From the NCBI GenBank assembly GCA_043228905.1, contig JBHGNT010000420.1, positions 1 through 26,762 on the forward strand: a stretch of DNA of 26,762 nucleotides, written 5' to 3'. The notes beneath the pieces are model-generated. The model saw nothing but the letters and a program-made list of their open reading frames with translations. It searched no databases and was not told the DNA's origin. A program made the position numbers and the translations under genes. The DNA is from Azolla caroliniana (taxonomy: Eukaryota > Plantae > Polypodiophyta). This document shows, one piece after another, positions 1 to 10,494 of the stretch. Every line of letters begins with the position of its first letter. Within the stretch, counting starts at the first letter, position 1.

Positions 1-235
1 CTAGGGGTTGATTCGGGCTTGCCCATGCACCTCTCCTTTTCAGCAAACACGTTCGAATACTCATGCCTTGTTTGTGTAAGTTCCTTGTGTGTCCGTGTGT
101 AAGCCCTCCTCGCGTGCATTTGTTCGTTTTAAGACTAGGGGTTGATTCGGGCTTGCCCATGCACCTCTTCTTTTCACGAAACACGTTCGAATACTTGTGC
201 CTTGTTTGTGTAAGCCTTGCTTGTGTTGTGCGTGT
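1..235. repeat. 134-bp tandem repeat (about 1.75 copies visible)
   Basis: CTAGGGGTTGATTCGGGCTTGCCCATGCACCTCT...ACACGTTCGAATAC...GCCTTGTTTGTGTAAG occurs at 1 and again at 135. Confidence 0.9.
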
Positions 236-308
236 GAGCCCTATTTCCTTCCCGTCCATAACCTCGGCGGGTTCCGCCTCACGATCCGCACATAGTGACG
301 GATTTTCA
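1..308. mobile_element. Probable terminal part of an LTR inserted into the copia pol remnant (rest lies outside the window)
   Basis: Non-coding GT/CT-rich sequence with internal 134-bp repeats. It ends ...GATTTTCA at 308, where the copia GAG-pre-integrase frame (SGLPKF...CEACQLG) begins abruptly. The other end and TSD are not visible. Confidence 0.4.
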
Positions 309-309
309 C

Positions 310-1060
310 GATAGCGGCTTGCCAAAATTCAATGGCGGAAAGGGCTATGTTTGTGAAGCCTGCCAATTAGGGATGAATCATTGACTTCCATTCCCAAATG
401 AAAGAAATTGAAGATGAAACAATCTCGATTTAATCCATTTGGATGTATGGGGACTAGCACAGAACGTGAGCATCGGTGGAAGTCATTACTTTGTTACCTT
501 AATCGATGACTTCACTCAGCATACCTGGGCATGCCTAATTGAGAAGAAAAGTGAAGTCTTCTCTTGCTTCTTGATGGTGAAGAGCCTTGTCGAACGGGAG
601 ATAGGCCAAAAAATCAAGTGCCTCAGGACCGATGGCGGAAAAGAGTACTTTTCTTACTAGTTCTCTAGCTAGCTACAGAAGGAGGGAATTCGACACGAAT
701 TCTCTTACAAATACACACCACAACAGAATGGCTTGGCCGAAAGGAAGAATCAGACGACCGAAGAAGCGGCGAGGGTGATGCTTGAAGAGAAGCATTGGCC
801 AAAGTTTTACCAAGCCGAAGCCGTCAGGCCGGTGATATACCTGCAAAATTAGAATTCTGCAAATGGAGGAGTGTCACCACGCGAGCTGTACTTCGGGATG
901 AAGCCGAACTTGGCACACTTGAGGGTTTTCGGTAGCATTGCATATGTGCATGTGCCGAAGGAGGAGCGGAGGAAGCTACACACGAAAGCCGAGAAATGCA
1001 TTCTTGTCGACTACTCGGATGAGCAAAAGGGTTATAAGTGTTATAACCCCTGATCGAAGG
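310..1060 (+). mobile_element. Ty1/copia pol remnant, 5' part: GAG-pre-integrase, integrase core, SH3-like region; inactivated by stops
   Basis: Translates as GLPKF...VCEACQLG...LIHLDVWG...YFVTLIDDF...LRTDGGKEY...TPQQNGLAERKN...LRVFGSIAYVHVPKEERRKL...KGYKCYNP, with several in-frame stops. Confidence 0.95.
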
Positions 1061-1510
1061 TGTTAGAGTTTACATCTAACGTAAGCATATGATAAGGATA
1101 AAATATAGATAAACATAAGAAAGGAGAGAGAGAAAGAAGGGTGCCCATCCACCCGACCACCCCCAAGCGAAGGGATCGAGACGGACTCGAGCCTCGATTG
1201 GCGTCCCATACCACCGTCGTGGCGTCGAGTCATACCTATTATTGGAGCGCTCGCTACAAGAGTTGACCCACCACAACATCAGAGTCTCTACATAGCCAAA
1301 AGATCATGAAATGAGCTAGGCCACATATTTATAGTGATACCTAAAGCCCCCAGGCAAGTTCACACTTGGCTTAATGGGTTGTCTCAATCCCCAGGATTAA
1401 AAGTAATTCTCCCCTTCTTTACACTCTCATTTAACCCTCACACTTATCCACGTGTATAGAATACTACGGTAAATTCTCACCACGAGATATTATATGGTCA
1501 TGCTTGTACA
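1061..1510 (-). repeat. 3' LTR (450 bp) of the nested chromovirus
   Basis: TG...CA bounded and adjacent to the PPT. Minus-strand TATA-like CTATAAATATG near 1324-1334. Segment 1247-1510 is repeated at 1908-2177. Confidence 0.9.
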
Positions 1511-1524
1511 TACTCCCCCCCCTC
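1511..1524 (-). promoter_or_regulatory. Polypurine tract of the chromovirus
   Basis: Minus strand reads GAG-G-run-AGTA immediately before the TG of the 3' LTR. Confidence 0.85.
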
Positions 1525-1907
1525 TTTAAAACATTGCACTCTTGCAAGGGAAAGTTAGGGAAGTTAGTTCTAAGAGTATTTTCGCCTTCCCATGTGGCAT
1601 CTTTGATAGATTTATCCATTCAATTTTAAATTCTCATATTATTTTTGTACACAGTTTTTTTGTTTTAACAATGAGAATTCTTTCTGGTACATGTGGTTTA
1701 GAAGATAATTCTTCAAAAGTAACCAGAGTTTCTTCAAAAGTTCTTTTAGACGACTTACATGAAAAACTAGATGAATTTCAATGTCATCGGGAAGAGTGAG
1801 ATGATAGGTTGATGAACCAATGCATTTGAGGACTTCAAAAGGTCCACAAAACCGTGGGGCTAACTTAGCGCACTTACCCATAGACAATGTCTTAGAATTG
1901 TGAGGTT
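1511..1907 (-). pseudogene. Ty3/gypsy integrase C-terminus (GPY/F, SH3-like) plus chromodomain remnant
   Basis: KLAPRFCGPFEVLKCIGSSTYHLTLP...HLVFHVSRLK, then across frameshifts PERILIVKTKK...EFKIEW...KDATWEGENTLRTNFP, the ATWE chromodomain signature of plant chromoviruses. Confidence 0.88.
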
Positions 1908-2177
1908 GTGCTCGCTACAAGAGTTAACCCACCACAAAAACAGAGTCTCGACGTAGTCAATAGATGATGATATGAGGGTAACTAGGCCTCATATTTATAG
2001 CGATACCCAAGGCCCCAAGGCAAGTTCACACTTGGCCTAATGGGTTGTCTCAATCCCGAGGATGAAAAGCAATCCTCCCCTTCTTTACACTCTCATTTAA
2101 CCCTCACACTTATCCACGTGTATAGAATACTATGGTAAATTCTCACCACGGGATATTATATGGTCATGCCCGTAACA
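1908..2177 (-). repeat. Truncated 5' LTR of the chromovirus (U5 end and PBS missing)
   Basis: About 90% identical by hand count to 1247-1510. It lacks the counterpart of 1061-1246 and joins directly to integrase sequence. Confidence 0.9.
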
Positions 2178-2300
2178 GAAGGACATCCGAGTAAGCTGAG
2201 AGTTCGTTTTCACCGAGTCGGCTTCGTGGTACTTGCCTCAATCTCCAATCCCCATCCACTCCATTCAGAATTCTGAGGAAGAAGCCAGTGAGGCCGAGAT
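2178..2300 (+). mobile_element. Ty1/copia pol remnant, continuation after the nested insertion; truncated before RT
   Basis: DIRVS*EFVFTESASWY corresponds to the copia VSRDVVFDE motif, also seen at 13852-13890. Confidence 0.85.
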
Positions 2301-2456
2301 CTGCCATTCAAACCATTGCTTCCATGTGACTTAGCTCACATGCATTGCGATGTGAGACAGGACATTGGGGCACAAGTGATGAGAGTGGTCAACTATACAC
2401 ACTTTGCCCTAAACAGGTTCGAGAGTCTCAATATCACACTTTGATACACTGGTCTA

Positions 2457-3293
2457 CCTTTTATCATATTTGACCATGCTTTCTGCATACTTCGACCAAG
2501 CCCAATCCTTGCACAAATTTTTCTAACAACCACAATGTGCACTCTTGAATGCAACATTCATTGGTAAAGTTCTTGAACATCGAGGTCGCTACTCACTTTC
2601 ACACGTATCACGTGAAATGTAATATTTTTGGTCTTACAGGTCATATTTGACCTCTGAAAATGATAACAGAATCTATCTATCTATCTATCTATCTCAAATA
2701 ATGGCTTTCATTACGAAAGAAAAAATCACCACCATGACTAAATTACTAGAAAGTATAGAACCATTCGAGGGATCTAAATACTATTATGACTCCAAAATCA
2801 ATGCCACCCTACACACCGATTCAAATGGCGAATATGATGATATGTGACCTTGTAGAGTTCTCTCTCTTCATTGTTGAGATTTCGTGACTCTCTAGCACTG
2901 TCAACTGCCACAAAAGAAGTCCTTTTAACTTTATAACATATTTTCTCACCCCAACTTGCAAATCAAAAGTGAAGGCATTCCGCATATTCCGATTGAACCA
3001 TAGCCCCCAATACCTCAAGAATTGGAAAATAAATTGGAAATGAGGCATCGTTTCAATATTCTCCATATGTGCAAAAACCCAATTGAAGAAAGATAGGCTT
3101 ACTCCAGTTAGAGACATCTACACTAAATTGATACATATGGGCATGAAAGAAATCTATGCCTACTATGTCCAATTCCACCGAACAAATGAAATATATTCAA
3201 TCGAGAGTGCACATTATGGATTGTGAGAGAAATTCGTACAAGGATTTTGCTTGGTCAAAATGTGTGGAAAGGATCGTCGAATATGATCAAAGG
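2457..3293. repeat. Diverged ~90-bp inverted repeat pair (2457-2547 and 3202-3293)
   Basis: Reverse complement of 2457-2547 (AGAGTGCACATTGTGG...CAAGGATTGGGCTTGGTC...AATATGATAAAAGG) aligns with 3202-3293 (AGAGTGCACATTATGG...CAAGGATTTTGCTTGGTC...AATATGATCAAAGG). Confidence 0.8.
2671..2694. repeat. (ATCT)6 microsatellite
   Basis: Read directly. Confidence 0.9.
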
Positions 3294-3295
3294 CC

Positions 3296-3379
3296 CTCTG
3301 TCTCTGTCTCTATATCTCTCTCACACACGCACGCACGCACACACACATGCACACACACACACACAAACAAACAAACAAA
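3296..3379. repeat. Compound (CT)/(CACG)/(CA)/(CAAA) microsatellite
   Basis: Read directly. Confidence 0.9.
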
Positions 3380-5565
3380 ATGTGCACTTTTAATTGCACC
3401 ATCGATTTGTAAAATTCTTTTAATCACTTATTAGCTCCATATACATTGCATGAAACCTTTCCCATTTTCAATTTTACCATTCATTAGTAAAATTGTCGAA
3501 CTTAGGGCGTCACTTATCAACACCGCATGCATTGTATCAAAGTGTTTCTTTGGCTCCATAAGTCATATTTCAACTTGTATGAGCAATAATAATTTCTCTA
3601 TTCATTACTACTTGTGAGATCCCAAAAATGAACTTACTGTTAAAATTTTATCGAAAAGAATTTAAAAAGACTGACATTATTTATCCAAAATTGTGGATGC
3701 CAAACATCTTTCAAAAGAAGATGCCACCAAAAAGTAGATCCATGCTATGCACTTTAAAGAGAATATATGTCATTGAACAGTAGCTCAAGGACAACCCTAT
3801 CAAAGCAAGCCTATAAAAGTTGTAAAAGTAAAGAGAAAGGGGTGGGGGAGGTAAAGGAGCATCCTATCTTAGAATGATGATCAAATACAAATATGGTTTA
3901 TTATGTTGCTATTAATATACAAACAGGGAAAGTTCTTGTAAATGTTCAAACAAGACATAATTTTGACTAGCATTGTTATTTTACTTCTCATGACCTAAAT
4001 TCTGCGTCCATAATTTGTATAATAAGGAATATACTACCATACCCCTCCCTTGTATTTCCTAGACACTATGTTGCTCTCATAAGGCATAAAATAAGGAAAA
4101 CACTACAATGACAATTCTTTTTTCTAGTGACTGATTTAATCGAAATATTATTTTCTCATCTCTCACACGAATTCTTTTGAGCTCCCTCCTTTACGTAAAA
4201 TTGTACCTCTCTATGCGCTTAGAAGGTATATGGCCTAGTTGGTTATCAAATTCTACTTCTTTTCATTCATATAGGATTTTAATAATTGCAAGAAAGGAAT
4301 AATGTCGAATTTCTTGATAGGACTTGTAAAGCACATGAAAATGTCTACGAGAGACAATGAAGCTATCTTCAACACACGTTACGGTGATTGAAGTCTACGA
4401 GATATAGCGTGCTCTCCTTATTTTTGTGAAATTTCATCCATAAAGGAGATGTGCAAGGTGTGTGTGTGTGAATGTACATGTAGTCTGACAAACTCTATGT
4501 ATAGCCCAACAACATTAACCTACAAATAGACATATATGGAATCAAGTTTGAGGGATTTGTTTCGTGGTAAAAATCAAGGTTGATAGGAATACAAACTTTG
4601 GCTCAATGTGACAAGTAAACAAGAGGATTATAGTTTTGAAATAGACAAGCTCATTGATTAATGCAATTATGACATATGAAAAAAGACCTCTACGAAAAGG
4701 CATATGGGTATAAATATACTCAACTACGCAGACTATAAAAACATGGTGGATATATTTATATAAAAGGTATAATTTTATAAACCATTGCGTTCATAGAGAC
4801 ATATAGAGAGAGAAAAGGTAAAGAACGCAAAGATAAAGCAGAAGATGGAACCAACATGGTGCAACATGGGAGGTTGATGTAAGTATATTGATCCTTCTAG
4901 TATTGGTTCTATATTTTGTTATCAATGTATGGGCAATGCTTTCAATCTTGAAGTGGTAAAAAATCTCAATCTTTGCATAGTAGCATAATGACATCAAAGT
5001 CGAGATCTTCACACACAAGCATAGTAGTACATGAGTCTATCTTGTTTGTTTGGATGAGGCAATTGTTGTTGGAGGTAGCAATCCTTCTTGTAAATGACAT
5101 CATGATTAATATGTCTTAGAAACAACGAGATTTGTGTACATGAATCGATTTCTAATTCTAAGCCTCGGATGTCATATTCTTCTCTATCTCTCTGAAAGTA
5201 TTGTATTTATAACACTCAATGGCACGCACCAACATATGAGTTAATAAGATGTCTATTTCTTTTGGTCTTGATGAATACACCTTTAAAGATGGCAACACAA
5301 TTCTTAATCTTCTTCTTCTCGCATTGCATTTGAGTAAAAAGAAAAAAGAAGAAGAAGGTAGTGTATTTTTATATAGGGGGGCGACACTAACAAGAAGCAT
5401 GATGTGGCCTCGATGAATAATGGTTAAGTGCCATCTTCGTTAGGTGTAAGTTTGCTCCCTCGTTTGCCTTGCTCTTGAGCCTCCTCGGTATACAAGTGTG
5501 TGGAGATCATTTTTTTCTAAGTAAAAGAAGAGACCCCAAGAGGGAGGAGGACAATATAACCCAAG

Positions 5566-5581
5566 CATCATCATCATCATC

Positions 5582-5634
<53 letters not shown>

Positions 5635-5646
5635 AACACAAACACA
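5566..5646 (+). repeat. (CAT)n(CT)n(CA)n compound microsatellite in the probable 5' UTR or core promoter
   Basis: Lies just upstream of ATG 5666. CT tracts are typical of plant 5' UTRs. Confidence 0.9.
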
Positions 5647-5665
5647 TATTAGTTCATTCATTGCC

Positions 5666-6448
5666 ATGGATATTCAAGGCACCACAACACAATCTAAGAC
5701 ATTCCATGCGAAGAAGAAGACGAAGAAGATCTCGAGGTCGATGGCCGCGACCACGAGATATGTCACGATGATAATGATAATGATGATGATGATGATGATG
5801 AACATGAGAGCAGTGGGGGGCACCGATGTCCCGGGGGACGGTTTCACACACGAGGCGGTGATGGCCGAGGCCACCTCGTCTTCTTCTTCGGCCGGGACCG
5901 GGACCGGGACCGGGACAGTGGGGCCATTGGTGGTGGTAGTGGCGGTGATCATGGTGCTTGGCGTGGTGGCGGCCATCGTGGGGCGATCCTGCATCGGCCG
6001 CCACTGGAGCGGCGTCTCAGACTACGACTTCGAAGGATGGATCGAGAAGCGCTGCGCGAGCTGTATCGATGGCGACGTCGAGGCCCCCAAACCCCCACCC
6101 CCACCCCCTGCAGCAGCAGAAGCCGAGAAACCGCCTGAAACCGCCGCCAAACCTGCGGCGGACGGAGGAGCCGCCAAGCCGGCGGAGGAAGCCGGCTCGG
6201 CGAAACCGGCCGCCGCCGGAGACGCCGCGAAACCGGCTGCAGAAGGCGAGGCTGCGAAACCGGCAGCAGAAGGAGAGGCTGCGAAGCCGGCAGCAGAAGC
6301 CAAACCGGCGGCAGAGGAAGGAGCCAAACCGGCGGCGCCAGATCCAGCTCCTCCTCCGCCTCCACCGCCTCCTCCGCCGCCGCCTCTCGACGACCGTAAG
6401 TCCGCCTCCTCCAATCAATTATGTATTATTCATCAATTTACATTATAA
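5666..6448 (+). CDS. Uncharacterised plant single-pass membrane protein with Cys motif and Pro/Ala/Lys-rich tail (260 aa; start and extreme C-terminus uncertain)
   Basis: GC-rich ORF with good start context GCCATGG. The block VGPLVVVVAVIMVLGVVAAIVGRSCIGR...YDFEGWIEKRCASCIDG matches a plant-specific TM family I recall (At2g26520/At3g57500-like). AATAAA at 6449-6454. Confidence 0.85.
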   Translation: MDIQGTTTQSKTFHAKKKTKKISRSMAATTRYVTMIMIMMMMMMMNMRAVGGTDVPGDGFTHEAVMAEATSSSSSAGTGTGTGTVGPLVVVVAVIMVLGVVAAIVGRSCIGRHWSGVSDYDFEGWIEKRCASCIDGDVEAPKPPPPPPAAAEAEKPPETAAKPAADGGAAKPAEEAGSAKPAAAGDAAKPAAEGEAAKPAAEGEAAKPAAEAKPAAEEGAKPAAPDPAPPPPPPPPPPPPLDDRKSASSNQLCIIHQFTL

Positions 6449-6534
6449 AATAAATACTCCCATTATGTACATATGTATATATAATTTCCCACATATGTAT
6501 GCATGTACATTTACCGTACTTCCCACACACATTC

Positions 6535-6564
<30 letters not shown>
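6535..6564. repeat. (AAT)10 microsatellite
   Basis: Read directly. Confidence 0.95.
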
Positions 6565-6568
<4 letters not shown>

Positions 6569-6780
6569 CGTTTAGCTTAGTTATAGCTCATAGGGCATCT
6601 CTCCTCATGGTCCGCTTGTTCGTTTTGATCGCGCCAATCTCATGGTCTCGGTGTCTTGCATACCATACATTTATGTCCACAACAAGTTTTTTGGTAGATC
6701 CCCAAGCCGATATGGCCAAAAAGCCCATGACATTGATTCCGCCTTTGGCACGAGTTAATCATGTAGACCAACAATCGATA

Positions 6781-6798
6781 CCCCCCCCCCCCCCCCCC
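6781..6798. repeat. C18 homopolymer
   Basis: Read directly. Confidence 0.95.
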
Positions 6799-7789
6799 TA
6801 GATGTGCTTCTTTGGAAAAAACTCGTGATAATCAACACAATAGAGAAATGGGCAATTTTTGTTTTTCGAGGAACTAGGGAAGGCCCAATCTAAGACATGG
6901 GAACACTTGTCAAGGGTTGAAGCTGGACAGTCTAGAGAGTCTAGCTCCTTCCGTATTGTTATTTAGTAGCTCCCTAAATCCTAGGTACCTCAGGTTTTGC
7001 ATGCGAAAGCTCCTTGAATTCTAGTTTTTCTTGAGATTGGCTTGTCAAAGCTCATCGTGATGTCGGAAACTATTGACAACACACATGAGAGAAATGGGAT
7101 CACAACGTAAGATGCAATTTTGTTGTCACAAAGGCACATAGCACATATATTGTGTATGTTACATTTCTGTCGTCGGGTGTGAGCATGTCCACATGCACAT
7201 TCATTTCAATCCACTATGTGTAACATAAAATTAAGGCCTATTCTACTGTGTATATGTCAATCCCATGTTCTCCTATCCACATAAGTAGTCATTTTGTAAA
7301 TGCTGCGTTGTTGAGGTTATTTTTCAACTTTTACTCAACCTATAGCTCCAATTATTACTGTTTTCCCTTACCTACTAGGAACAAAAAGACATTCCCAAGA
7401 GCTAAGAGTTCTCCATCGTATATGCATCACATTGTGGGTATCATTGTTTGGTTTTCATTTTTCAACATGGTAGCTCACACACAATAGAAGATATGGTGAA
7501 TCATCAATAGCGCACGTATTGAAGTTGTCTTATGCATTACCATCCAATCCTTGATCTGTTTTATTCTTCACATATGCAATAATGTTATTGACATCATCCA
7601 CAGATCATTGCATAAAAAAAGTAAGTAGATGTAGAAATTCAATTCCACCTTCTTTCCCTTTTTTTGTTTTGCTAATTGATAGAATCATAAATGAAATTGA
7701 ATGGTCATAAGTGAATGAAAGGTCATTTGTGTCAAATATAAGGAATTGATGATTTTGGGTTGGTGAACTTGTAGATCCATATAGAGCAA

Positions 7790-8200
7790 TGCAATTTTAT
7801 CCAGCATATAGCTACAGTTGCAGATGCCACATTTGTGCCAGGGAAGGCATCTTTTAGACTTTAATGTGGATCATATACGGATTTTCAATGGCTACTTATA
7901 TATTTGTGGCCCAAATGTCAACCCTTTACAATGTATCGATGATGAAGTCATGTATATTTGTTCCCATACATCTATATTTTGCTTGTATTTTCATAGAGCC
8001 CATGACGAATGGATGTAATGTATTTATTTTGTCCTCGTGAGGATTATTATCTTATTCACTTTAACATCAATCATCCAATGTGTTTCCAGCTTGTTTACAA
8101 TATTCTCTCATAAGAATAAAGCTCTTTTTAAATGGAATTTTCAAGATCCCATATCTCACTTCCTACATACTTTTCAAAATCTTTATTGGGCCCTCTGACC
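7790..8200 (-). mobile_element. Possible heavily degraded MULE-type transposase remnant
   Basis: Minus-strand fragments LETHWMIDV, SSRGQNKY/LHPFVM and SLKDAFPGTNV..IC occur in the order expected for MULE motifs QTxW..DSTFGTNKY.YPL and AFP....C..H. Many lesions. Confidence 0.3.
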
Positions 8201-8934
8201 TAAAACTAATACTCTTTTGATAAATTTTCCTATTCATGGAAGTTGGCTCTCATCTAGATAGTAGACAACAACGGCAAATCATGTAATATGTAACAATCCC
8301 TTGATGTTTTCCACATAAATCTATTTGAGGATTTAGCAACGGAACAAATAACTTGATAAAGGCTCCTTTCGGAATAGAATATTGTTTTGAAAGGAAATGG
8401 TCCAATGGATATTCTTTTCTTATGCATTATAAAGCATCGTGGTTTAATAACTTAGGGTGAAATGTTTCATGTCACACGAAAAGCAATAACATGACGGAAC
8501 CATAAAAAAAAATCAACTTCACTTCATCGCAAACATTAACACATCAAAAGTGTAAGCATATTGTGTGATGCGTAGATGCATAAAAAGTTGAATGGCTCAG
8601 GAATATGTGAACCATGCAAGCGTTACTAACCATTTTGTACTAAAATATTGTAATGTATTTTCAAATGTGAGAGGCAATATGTCCTAATGTGCAAAGCGAA
8701 CAAAACCAGTTCAAAACAAGAAAAAGTGAATACCCTTCACTACAACTATATATTGTTCTGAAATTGAATATGAAATGGGGTTAAGTTCGGTTTCATGTAG
8801 CTCTAGAATGTGCATGATATGGATGGATGTATATCATGTCAAGAACATAAAAATTTGGTTTGAATTCGACGCACTAACATGTTTTTTTTTCCAAAAAAAA
8901 TCCTGTTAGTTATAAAATTTTATAGATGAGAGTG

Positions 8935-9240
8935 TTATATATAAATCCTTGTAGGGACGTGATAGTTCCATCCTATGTGGATGCCCACTAACTCAAGAAA
9001 GGGAGAGGCTGACCATTGTTGAATGAAGGCTAGTCATTGTCTTTCAATTCCATCGGAGCCGCCTTTGAGGCCATCATATTGGCTCTTTAGAGTGGCTACA
9101 ACTTCACTCCATATCTCGTGCATTAACATCACTGGATGCGTTGTTTGGTTGGAGAAGACTCATCTACACCGTTGTTTCCATAGAGTCCAAAGAGTTATTG
9201 GGATGACCAATTCCAACACAACGTGAGATTCGGCAGTAAT
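8935..9240 (-). mobile_element. L1-clade LINE ORF2 C-terminal fragment (5'-truncated copy)
   Basis: One minus-strand frame reads ITLWTLWKQRCR*VFSNQ...EIWSEVVATLKSQYDG...AFIQQWSASPF...GWNYHVP, containing the W-x-(I/L)-W-K-x-R-(C/N)-x-x-V-F motif of L1 ORF2 ends. A9 run downstream on the minus strand (T-run 8882-8890). Confidence 0.75.
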
Positions 9241-9729
9241 AGGAGTTAATAATTGTTATGTACTAATGTTAATGTCGATGATCTAAAGGTATGTTTTTAG
9301 TTGAGAAGTTTTGGTGTTATGCATGATCTCAAGTAAAACTATGAGGAGTTTTTATGTTTTAAGGCCTTTATTTTACCAATTTGAAGAGTTCATTGAAAAA
9401 TGAAGAGTTTTGATGTTGTAACTATACTATACTATGTTGGATTCTTGATGTCTTTATTTTCTTACTACGTTATGCTTCGTTAGTCAAATATGAACTATCA
9501 GGCACCCATTAATGAAACTATGGACCATTGCATAATTAAGCTAATCCTTTTGATGTACAAAACTAACCCATAAAATTCCTAGATGACATCTTACTCATAT
9601 ATGTTTTCTGATGTGGCTTCTAATATCTTTGCCAATTTGTTTTGTATGACACTGCATCATAAACTTAAAACCAACCAACTTAGAATTAATGGCAAGGATG
9701 TGTAAGGACATATTACTTTTGTAATTAGA

Positions 9730-10020
9730 AACTATGTGTTTTGGCTTGGTCATTAGGTGATAGATTACTTGATGCGGAATTTCAAAATCCTTTGCATATT
9801 TTGGAGATAGTTGAGACGAACATGCATAGATTCATCACTACATAAAAGCTACTAAAATTTGAGAAAACAAATGTTCTACAAATCATGGGGAAATCAATGG
9901 GAGGAGCTTCAATGGTAGTTGCATAGAAAAACTAACCTATTGTCACAACAACGCATGTGGAAACGTTAATTTGATTGATTGATTCCGCACATGTTGAGGT
10001 TGTTTTCTTGATCCTCATTC
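9730..10020 (+). mobile_element. Possible very degraded hAT transposase remnant
   Basis: Fragments FW..., NPLHILEIVET and H..GCFLDP resemble hAT PL..vLrlvD and LHxAAxFLDP motifs, in the right order. Confidence 0.25.
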
Positions 10021-10494
10021 TTGGTATTTTTTATGTGTATTATATGGTCATGTTTATTTTTCTCAAATGAAGTAAAGGCCAAGGGCATGCGTTAACCAAG
10101 AAGTTCTTGATAAACTATAGTCAATAATTAGTACTACTTGAAACTTGTTGCTTTTGAGGGTCTTTGGGCAAATAATGCAAAGTCTCATAGAAAGTTTCTA
10201 ACCATATTAGTTCATTAACAAATCCATTGAAAATCATGTAGATGATCGGTTAGCAAAACAACCTATTCTCTTAGCAAAGTTGTTTGAACTCTTTTCTAAG
10301 AGCAAAATGAGAAATACATTCATTGGACATTATTAGTTGGAAAAATACAAGCGAGAAATATTATCAAAGAATATAATGTACATTGCTTGAATAACTTGTA
10401 ATTAATCATGATAATGTATATAATATTGATGATAAGAGTTATAGTTCATTAGAAAAACAAGTTCAACATGGCTAAAAAAGAAAATTGTATGGGG

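Larger units (their letters stand above)
1061..2177 (-). mobile_element. Internally deleted Ty3/gypsy chromovirus nested in the copia element; 5-bp TSD GAAGG
   Basis: Termini TGTTA...TAACA. GAAGG at 1056-1060 and 2178-2182. Removing the insert and one TSD copy restores the copia frame (YNP*SKDIRVS*EFVFTESASWY). Two LTR copies, a PPT and an integrase C-terminus lie on the minus strand. Confidence 0.95.

Noticed and set aside
1061-2177. Active TRIM element
   Set aside because: One LTR is truncated, the PBS is missing and the LTR copies are clearly diverged.
2760-3200. Possible LINE C-terminal remnant before the microsatellite
   Set aside because: Only vague motif resemblance across several frameshifts; needs a profile search.
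4791-5100. Possible gypsy integrase fossil on the minus strand (HP.T and EIFYH..SI resemblance)
   Set aside because: Similarity is too weak and fragmentary to support by eye.
5440-6539. Several overlapping and antisense ORFs (poly-His, poly-Arg, Gly/Ala-rich) around the membrane-protein gene
   Set aside because: Shadow frames produced by GC-rich, stop-poor repeats and microsatellites. Only 5666-6448 has a recognisable conserved motif.
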